This document shows positions 58,625 to 64,000 of a DNA stretch of 64,000 nucleotides, in pieces. The notes beneath the pieces were generated by a model. The model did no database searches, was not told the origin of the DNA, and saw only the letters and a program-made list of their open reading frames with translations. Positions within the stretch are counted from its first letter, which is position 1; each line of letters starts with the position of its first letter. The position numbers and the translations under genes were made by a program. This DNA comes from a virus (lineage: Duplodnaviria; Caudoviricetes): the IMG/VR virus record IMGVR_UViG_3300034071_001431, positions 1 to 64,000 of that record, one strand, 5' to 3'.

Positions 58625-58836
58625 GTTACACGATAGTAATAAGTGTTTTGCTACTTCGCACTACCAAAGCCCAAAACTGAGTAGTTACCCTGTCCAACTG
58701 TTTCCTTATGGGTGCAACAGTAAATAACCTACGCATTTCTCAAGTCGCTCACGTAATAAGCCTTGCAGTAGAGCGTATGCACTGTGCTAGTATGGTCATT
58801 AGCAATATACCCACTTTGATAAAGTAAAAGTGTAAC
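58625..58836 (-). ncRNA. candidate ~210-nt structured RNA
   Basis: gttacac/gtgtaac closing stem, several internal hairpins, no ORF. Confidence 0.45.
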
Positions 58837-58844
58837 CTGGTGTT

Positions 58845-58918
58845 TGGAGCGGGATATCAGAATCGAACTGATGACAGAAGTTTGGAAAACTCCAGTTTTG
58901 CCATTAAACTAATCCCGC
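58845..58918 (-). tRNA. tRNA-Gly(TCC)
   Basis: cloverleaf. Confidence 0.92.
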
Positions 58919-58922
58919 ATGT

Positions 58923-59007
58923 TGGTGCGAATGGTCGGACTTGAACCGACATGCCCTGCGGCGAGGGATTTTAAGTCCCTTGTGTATACCAATTTCACCA
59001 CACTCGC
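58923..59007 (-). tRNA. tRNA-Leu(TAA)
   Basis: AGGGA-CTTAAAA-TCCCT, variable arm. Confidence 0.92.
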
Positions 59008-59015
59008 TTTACTAC

Positions 59016-59100
59016 TGGTGCGGCTGGTCAGACTCGAACTGACACGTCTTTCGACACGAGCTTCTAAGACTCGCATGGCTACCAATTACATCACAACCGC
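59016..59100 (-). tRNA. tRNA-Leu(TAG)
   Basis: anticodon loop CTTAGAA, variable arm. Confidence 0.9.
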
Positions 59101-59538
59101 TTTTTTCTTTCTGCCACCCTTACGATTAAGAGCAATTTTTCTTTTGTGCTCTTCAGTTAGGGTCTTACCTTTATTTGCTTTGCCGCCAGCAGATTTATTA
59201 CCTTTAGCGTTTAATCTACAAGCTTCTTCGTAACCATATTTGGCAACTGTTCTGTCCCAAATTGAATTGCCAGGGCCTTGATCTAATCTATTTTCTTGTG
59301 CTGTACCCCAATATAAATGATTAGGATTACTACACTTTTCGTTATTACAAGCATGACAGATATGTATCTTGTGCCCGCTCGGAATAGTTGTGTTTAGTAT
59401 ATGAGCCATTAAACCTTTACAATAACTAGACAATCCACCTTTTATAGGTCCGCCTCGTTCTATACAGGGTTCTGTTAAAACTAAGTGCTGCTGTCTTGCT
59501 TCTTTAGGCTGTGTAATGTATTCTTCTATTAATAACAT
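59086..59538 (-). mobile_element. free-standing HNH (His-Cys) homing endonuclease with NUMOD3
   Basis: HICHACNNEKCSNPNHLYWGT..EN; KGKTLTEEHKRKI. Confidence 0.8.
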
Positions 59539-59590
59539 TTCGTATCTCCTTATGTTTATTTAGCTAAACACAGTGAAAAACGTTAATTAA

Positions 59591-59617
59591 TGTGTATACC
59601 AATTCCACCAAAGAGGC
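59591..59617 (-). pseudogene. 5' fragment of a tRNA-Leu
   Basis: GCCTCTTTGGTGGAATTGGTATACACA matches the Leu(TAA) D-arm; no 3' half seen. Confidence 0.7.
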
Positions 59618-59630
59618 ATTATTGTATTTT

Positions 59631-59706
<76 letters not shown>

Positions 59707-59715
59707 GATAAGATT

Positions 59716-59883
59716 TTATTTAACTAAGCGTGATTCCAATATAGCAATCCTGTTACGGAGTTTTGCTTTATCTTTACCTTTGCTAGCTTTATCCAACAAT
59801 GTATTTAGTTGGGTTAAATTCAAGGGACCTAATTTAGGTTTGCCTGTGCGTGTTTTCATTGAATCTGCTTTTTTAATTGCCAT
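59716..59883 (-). CDS. small basic protein
   Basis: AGGGG SD; KTRTGKPKLGPLN. Confidence 0.65.
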   Translation of the reverse strand: MAIKKADSMKTRTGKPKLGPLNLTQLNTLLDKASKGKDKAKLRNRIAILESRLVK

Positions 59884-59901
59884 GTTATTCCCCTGTGTAT
59901 T

Positions 59902-59976
59902 TGGTTGCGGAGGACGGATTCGAACCGCCGATCTAAAGGTTATGAGCCTTCCGGGTTGCCACTTCCCCACCCCGCG
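59902..59976 (-). tRNA. initiator-type tRNA-fMet(CAT)
   Basis: C1:A72 mismatch, CTCATAA loop. Confidence 0.88.
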
Positions 59977-60152
59977 ATAAAAGTTCTGCGGCCAGTACAG
60001 GCCTGTTATCATGTGCAGAATCATGGCTAATTTCAAAGATGGAGTTTCACCATAGGCATTAACTACCCTTCGGACGGTTTGCTATTCTCTCCTAACCTCG
60101 AATACATAATGTAATAGCTTTCTTCCATGTACTTATTTGTTACTATCTATAC

Positions 60153-60181
60153 AGTGTAGCAGTTTTGATATGTGTTGTCAA
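60153..60181 (-). promoter_or_regulatory. internal sigma70 promoter
   Basis: TTGACA-17-TACACT. Confidence 0.6.
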
Positions 60182-60202
60182 CTACTACTACTTAAATTAA
60201 AT

Positions 60203-60382
60203 GCTCTGACGGGTGTGCGCGGTAGACTCCAGCATCACTTAATGGACTACATGCCTTTCGCCGCTGGCCACACCCCGCTCTCGGATTGCCACCGCTAGTT
60301 TGGTAAGACTAGAACCACCCTTGGCTATCACACCACTTCTCATCGTGCGGGTCACAATATCCATTGATTAGATGGAACGTCC
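60203..60382 (-). ncRNA. candidate GC-rich structured RNA abutting the tRNA-Trp CCA
   Basis: hairpins tccat/atgga, ctagt/actag, gggtgtg/cacaccc enclosing ccagc/gctgg and gcgg/ccgc. Confidence 0.55.
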
Positions 60383-60456
60383 TGGCTCCGGTGGAGGGAA
60401 TCGAACCCCCACTAGTGGTTTTGGAGACCACCGCACTGCCATTATACTACACCGGA
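60383..60456 (-). tRNA. tRNA-Trp(CCA)
   Basis: GTGGT-CTCCAAA-ACCAC. Confidence 0.92.
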
Positions 60457-60470
60457 ATATACTTAAAACT

Positions 60471-60548
60471 TGGCGACACTTACGGAATTCGAATCCGTGA
60501 TCTCTACCGTGACAGGGTAGCGCATTAAGCCAGCTATGCTAAAGTGCC
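60471..60548 (-). tRNA. tRNA-Asp(GTC)
   Basis: CTACC-CTGTCAC-GGTAG. Confidence 0.92.
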
Positions 60549-60606
60549 AAAGAACTTCCGAGCCGACTGCAAGCAGTATTCTACGGACGGAAGCCATATT
60601 AAAAGT

Positions 60607-60681
60607 TGGGTTGACTAACCGGGTTCGAACCGGTGATGAAGGAATCACAATCCTTAGTATTACCACTATACTATAGTCAAC
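60607..60681 (-). tRNA. tRNA-His(GTG)
   Basis: G-1:C73, loop TTGTGAT. Confidence 0.92.
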
Positions 60682-60767
60682 ATTGAAACCATACAGAAAC
60701 ACACTGTGGGCGTTGCTATGCAGCATACTAAATCTAGTCTAGTTGCGAACAATGTGTTTTCTTATGG

Positions 60768-60843
60768 TGGTAGGAGAGATGGGGTACGATCCCACAACCT
60801 CGAAATTAAAAGTTTCTTGCTCTGCCAGTTGAGCTACTCTCCC
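60768..60843 (-). tRNA. tRNA-Lys(TTT)
   Basis: loop CTTTTAA; atypical T-loop ATCGTAC; followed by a second CCA. Confidence 0.88.
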
Positions 60844-60864
60844 ATATATGTATAAAGATGTTTA

Positions 60865-60925
60865 ACGTGCCTATCCTTAATCATACATGGGATTAAAGAC
60901 GACACTAAAGTTTACCTCGCTTCAT
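60865..60925 (-). other. micro-ORF MKRGKL(TAG) fused to a hairpin
   Basis: TAGGAG SD, ATG 60925, stop 60905-60907; stem GTGTC/GGCAC and tctttaatc/gattaagga. Confidence 0.5.
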
Positions 60926-60955
60926 GTGTTGCTCCTATTAAATTTACTACAAAAC

Positions 60956-61041
60956 TGGTGGGCAAGGATGGAATCGAACCAACTCAACCAGGGGTAACAG
61001 ATTTACAGTCTGCTGCGCCTCTCCAACTGCGCCGCTTGCCC
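60956..61041 (-). tRNA. tRNA-Tyr(GTA)
   Basis: loop CTGTAAA, variable arm. Confidence 0.9.
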
Positions 61042-61049
61042 ATTGTAAT

Positions 61050-61134
61050 ACCATATTGAAGCATACTATAATTCTAAGTTTAACGGCCAGAGTTAACTTG
61101 GCATTAGAAACGGTACAATATGCTTCAATATGGT
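61050..61134. repeat. 16-bp inverted repeat including the tRNA-Glu ACCA end
   Basis: accatattgaagcata ... tatgcttcaatatggt. Confidence 0.85.
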
Positions 61135-61205
61135 ATCGCGTAGCGGAATCGAACCGCTCCTAGTTGGATGAAAACCAACTGTTCTAACCGATAAACTAAC
61201 GCGAT
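61131..61205 (-). tRNA. tRNA-Glu(TTC)
   Basis: GTTGG-TTTTCAT-CCAAC. Confidence 0.88.
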
Positions 61206-61221
61206 ATTGTAAAACTATAAA

Positions 61222-61234
61222 TTGTTAAAGAGCG
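61222..61234 (-). promoter_or_regulatory. boxA antitermination element
   Basis: CGCTCTTTAACAA vs rrn boxA TGCTCTTTAACA, between the promoter and the first tRNA. Confidence 0.75.
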
Positions 61235-61256
61235 TATTACTTAACTTCAAGTAGCT

Positions 61257-61284
61257 ATTATACACTCTTTAATTTATTTGTCAA
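61257..61284 (-). promoter_or_regulatory. sigma70 promoter of the tRNA operon
   Basis: TTGACA-16-TATAAT. Confidence 0.8.
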
Positions 61285-61376
61285 TCTTTATTTTTGTCTT
61301 GCGTAAGATGGAAAGCCGAAGCCTCCAACATCAGTATCATGTTCGTTCATGATCGTTTCTCCTTTAGCATTTTATC

Positions 61377-61675
61377 CGCCTGCAATTAAGTATAAATCAG
61401 CGGTTATAACTTTAATTCCTGTAAGTACTACAGGGCGGGATAGTTATGTTTCCCTACTGCGCTCTAGATTGGGGGCTTCCTTGGATACTACGCCAGTACG
61501 CTATCCTCGTTCTCGTAGGGATTAAACCCCTTCCTGCCACACCTCAGTCCACAGGACTATACTTGCCTGTGTTCAAGTTAAATTGTTCCGCAAGCTCCAT
61601 TGTACGCTTCCCTATCCTAAGCCGGACACAGGCGTCTTGCGCTTCTAATGAGGTCGCAACCCTCTCTAGGCGGTT
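61377..61675 (-). ncRNA. candidate ~300-nt structured RNA (tRNA-Pro trailer)
   Basis: ccgcct/aggcgg closing stem, gcctgtgt/acacaggc, ggata/tatcc, cctgt/acagg; GC-rich; no minus-strand ORF in track. Confidence 0.55.
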
Positions 61676-61678
61676 TTC

Positions 61679-61756
61679 TGGTCTCTCGTGTAGGATTCGA
61701 ACCTACGTTCTTCTTGCTCCCAAAGCAAGTGCCATACCAGACTAGGCGAACGAGAG
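61679..61756 (-). tRNA. tRNA-Pro(TGG)
   Basis: CTTGC-TTTGGGA-GCAAG. Confidence 0.92.
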
Positions 61757-61966
61757 TTAAACGCACTCATATGAATGCGTATAATAAAGTACACTAATTG
61801 CTCTCTTAAGACATAATCCACATTGCGTGGGACCTAGTTGCCGATTAATGTACTTTATTATAACAAGTATTTTCTGTTCACAAAAGAACATGCCATCCAC
61901 TTGTCCGCCCATTTGCCTTTTTAACGTGTGTGCCGCGATCTCGTTTCGCATAACACGTACTGCTTA

Positions 61967-62095
61967 CTACTTAGAAAGTTTCTTTAAAAGATTAACATTT
62001 TCTGTTAATAGTTGGGTTACCCTTTCTAATTTTTGTTCTAATACCACTATCCTTTGTTCTGGAGTCGGCTTTTGAACAGTTTCTTTTTTATCCAT
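61967..62095 (-). CDS. 42-aa coiled-coil protein
   Basis: AAGGAG SD; MDKKETVQKPTPEQRIVVLEQKLERV. Confidence 0.6.
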   Translation of the reverse strand: MDKKETVQKPTPEQRIVVLEQKLERVTQLLTENVNLLKKLSK

Positions 62096-62113
62096 CTCCG
62101 GCTCCTTAAAAGC

Positions 62114-62147
62114 AAAAAACCCTAGTCTTTCGAGCTAGGGTTTAAGT
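62114..62147 (-). terminator. attenuator terminator
   Basis: AAACCCUAG-CUCGAAAGA-CUAGGGUUUUUU; 5' arm is complementary to the end of the leader ORF. Confidence 0.85.
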
Positions 62148-62177
62148 AAAAATTCATTTCTGATATAAAAATAAACG

Positions 62178-62303
62178 TTAACTTAAACCCTCATTATGCG
62201 GTGTGCGATCATTACTGCCTAATGTCTCAATCGCTGACCAATAAGACATCGTGGCAAGTATCTGCACTGGTGATTTCTTAAATTGATTACACGTTTTAAA
62301 CAT
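62178..62303 (-). CDS. putative attenuator leader peptide (41 aa, all 20 amino acids)
   Basis: MFKTCNQFKKSPVQILATMSYWSAIETLGSNDRTPHNEGLS; AAGGA SD; between promoter and terminator. Confidence 0.7.
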   Translation of the reverse strand: MFKTCNQFKKSPVQILATMSYWSAIETLGSNDRTPHNEGLS

Positions 62304-62344
62304 TTTGCTTTCGCTTCCTTTAATTAATTTCTTATTAAGCTGCT

Positions 62345-62373
62345 ATTATATATTCTATTTATACTCTTGTCAA
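62345..62373 (-). promoter_or_regulatory. consensus sigma70 promoter with embedded TATAAATA late promoter
   Basis: TTGACA-agagTATAAATAgaata-TATAAT. Confidence 0.88.
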
Positions 62374-62397
62374 GTACTTTATCTATTTATTTATCAT

Positions 62398-63132
62398 TTA
62401 TTTTTGAACCGGTGTTATATCCGGTGATTTTTTGAATCTTTGTCTAGTTTTACCGTGCATTGTATAAACACTATTGTCCGGTACATCATCTAATACCAAA
62501 CTACCAATGTATACTATAGCATTATTACCTACAGTGAGCAAGTCTTTTTTTCTACTCGGTATTAATGTACTTCTAACTCCAATGCGAACATTGTTGCCAA
62601 CTTTAACATGTGCTAAAATACTTGCGGCGCCGATAATACTATTGCGCCCTACAGTTGTATCAACTAATCTTGTGTCCCAATCAATTACACTGTAATCACC
62701 TATTACTACATCTGATCCGATACTAGCATTAGACAAAATCATAATACCTTTGCCCAATGTTAAATTACGTTTACTATGAAACCAATGCACATCTTTTGAT
62801 ATTAAGTTTACTACTGTTACACCTGCCTTGTCGAGTAACTCTAACCGTTGACGTCTAAGTGTATCTGCATCAAATTCTTGCCCTAGTGCTTGTTTACCAT
62901 CCCACCAGTTTGCCGGAAAGAAATTGTATTTTGCCCATTTATTGTTAGGTACAAGTAATTCTTCTTCTGACCCTATTACAGGAATACCGCAAATCTCAGT
63001 GGTATTACCCCAATAGTGCTTATCTAGTATTCCGATAATTTTATATCCGCTATGTTTAGCAGTTTCTATTATATCGGCTAGGTTTTGTCTACTACCAACC
63101 AATACTAATTTCTTTTTAAACAAGTTAAACAT
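62398..63132 (-). CDS. sugar O/N-acetyltransferase (NeuD/PglD-like, hexapeptide repeats)
   Basis: GYKIIGILD..GIPVIG domain plus LbetaH repeats (IGSDVVIGDYSVI, VGNNVRIG). Confidence 0.8.
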   Translation of the reverse strand: MFNLFKKKLVLVGSRQNLADIIETAKHSGYKIIGILDKHYWGNTTEICGIPVIGSEEELLVPNNKWAKYNFFPANWWDGKQALGQEFDADTLRRQRLELLDKAGVTVVNLISKDVHWFHSKRNLTLGKGIMILSNASIGSDVVIGDYSVIDWDTRLVDTTVGRNSIIGAASILAHVKVGNNVRIGVRSTLIPSRKKDLLTVGNNAIVYIGSLVLDDVPDNSVYTMHGKTRQRFKKSPDITPVQK

Positions 63133-63319
63133 CGTTGATTACATCAATTCCTGCTGTATCACCTAATTCACTTACTGCTTCTACTGCGGCTTTTTTCTTT
63201 GGTGCGCCCCAGAAGTTAGTTGTTGCTGTTTCGCTTTGTACACCGCGGGCAATTTGTTTGATTTCCCCACCTGTAGCTAAGAACTCTTGCATTGCTTGTT
63301 GGTATTCTTCGTTTGTCAT
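63125..63319 (-). CDS. small hypothetical protein
   Basis: EFLATGGEIKQI. Confidence 0.65.
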   Translation of the reverse strand: MTNEEYQQAMQEFLATGGEIKQIARGVQSETATTNFWGAPKKKAAVEAVSELGDTAGIDVINDV

Positions 63320-63351
63320 ATTGTTCCTTAAGTTTTAATTAGTATAGCAAA

Positions 63352-64000
63352 TTAATTGTCAGCCGTCAACTGATTTTTTATTATATAGTTGTAGAGATAA
63401 TCAGCCCAACGTTCGTGCCCTTCTTCTCGCGGATGCCAACGTTTAAATAACAACGGGTTTACATTCATTAAGTCTCGACGTTCGTTAATCATGTTATACC
63501 ATGTCTCACCAACTTCTGTTTTAAACTTATTAGTTATTAATTCGTTGCGTTCTAAAAATTTTGCAATTGACCAAACTCCCGAACCCTGCATATAACAAGG
63601 ATTTAACGGAATATCAAATAATAAATCAATCCAATGTTTAGGAGTCTGCGTTGGGTGCGATATTATAGAATTAGTAAACGCAGGGCCAGCAATACACCTA
63701 ACTGTAGGATTTTGTTTCAACACCTGATCAATTCTTTGGTAGTGCCAAGTTTCGACATCTTGCAATACATCCATTATTGATTGATTAGCAGTGTCGGCAA
63801 ATGATGTTTTATACTGAGTGATCACTCGAGTTTCGTATTCACCGTCAAGTTCCCTACCATGATCACTAAATCCCAACACTGCTATAATCTTTTTAGTCTG
63901 CGGAACTAGTTGCGGCACTAACTTTTCAAATTCACCAATGACCCAATCCCAACTGCCCCCAGGTAAGGCTATCTGTACCCAATTGGCTCCTAACTTTTGT
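63352..64000 (-). CDS. SGNH-like protein (5' truncated by window)
   Basis: frame open to the edge (LGANWVQIALPGGS); C-terminal WHPREEGHERWADYL. Confidence 0.6.
   Translation of the reverse strand, partial: QKLGANWVQIALPGGSWDWVIGEFEKLVPQLVPQTKKIIAVLGFSDHGRELDGEYETRVITQYKTSFADTANQSIMDVLQDVETWHYQRIDQVLKQNPTVRCIAGPAFTNSIISHPTQTPKHWIDLLFDIPLNPCYMQGSGVWSIAKFLERNELITNKFKTEVGETWYNMINERRDLMNVNPLLFKRWHPREEGHERWADYLYNYIIKNQLTADN

Noticed and set aside
59540-59617. Group I intron in tRNA-Leu
   Set aside because: No 3' exon matching GCCTCTT and no P7 core seen.
60203-60382. Hammerhead ribozyme (CGAUGAG...GAAA)
   Set aside because: The core should be CUGANGA, and the flanking stems could not be assembled.
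61377-61675. RNase P RNA or tmRNA
   Set aside because: No GAGGAAAGUCC P4 strand in the proper order and no tRNA-like ends; kept as an unknown RNA.

Overview
This is an AT-rich window from a large lytic tailed phage, distantly T4-like and probably infecting a Gram-negative host. It carries core replication and nucleotide genes: nrdA/nrdB/glutaredoxin, gp41-like helicase, gp61-like primase, UvsW, an exonuclease and a 193-aa mini-DnaE. There is also a block of probable virion or internal-head genes, plus repeated sigma70 early-promoter cassettes and T4-like TAAATA late promoters. Inserted auxiliary enzymes are numerous: 3 radical SAM, 4 membrane desaturases, IscU/IscA, a flavin monooxygenase, a molybdopterin oxidoreductase, an amidinotransferase cluster, methyltransferases, SGNH-like proteins, a porin and FeoA. 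The right end holds 26 minus-strand tRNAs covering all 20 amino acids, interspersed with structured non-coding elements. The most striking feature is an apparent ribosome-sensing attenuator upstream of the tRNA region: a 41-codon leader containing all 20 amino acids, whose last codons can pair with the 5' arm of a terminator. Also notable is an iscU split at Cys37 by an 8-nt GGA-TGA-CA insert. All calls come from reading motifs by eye; no database searches were run.
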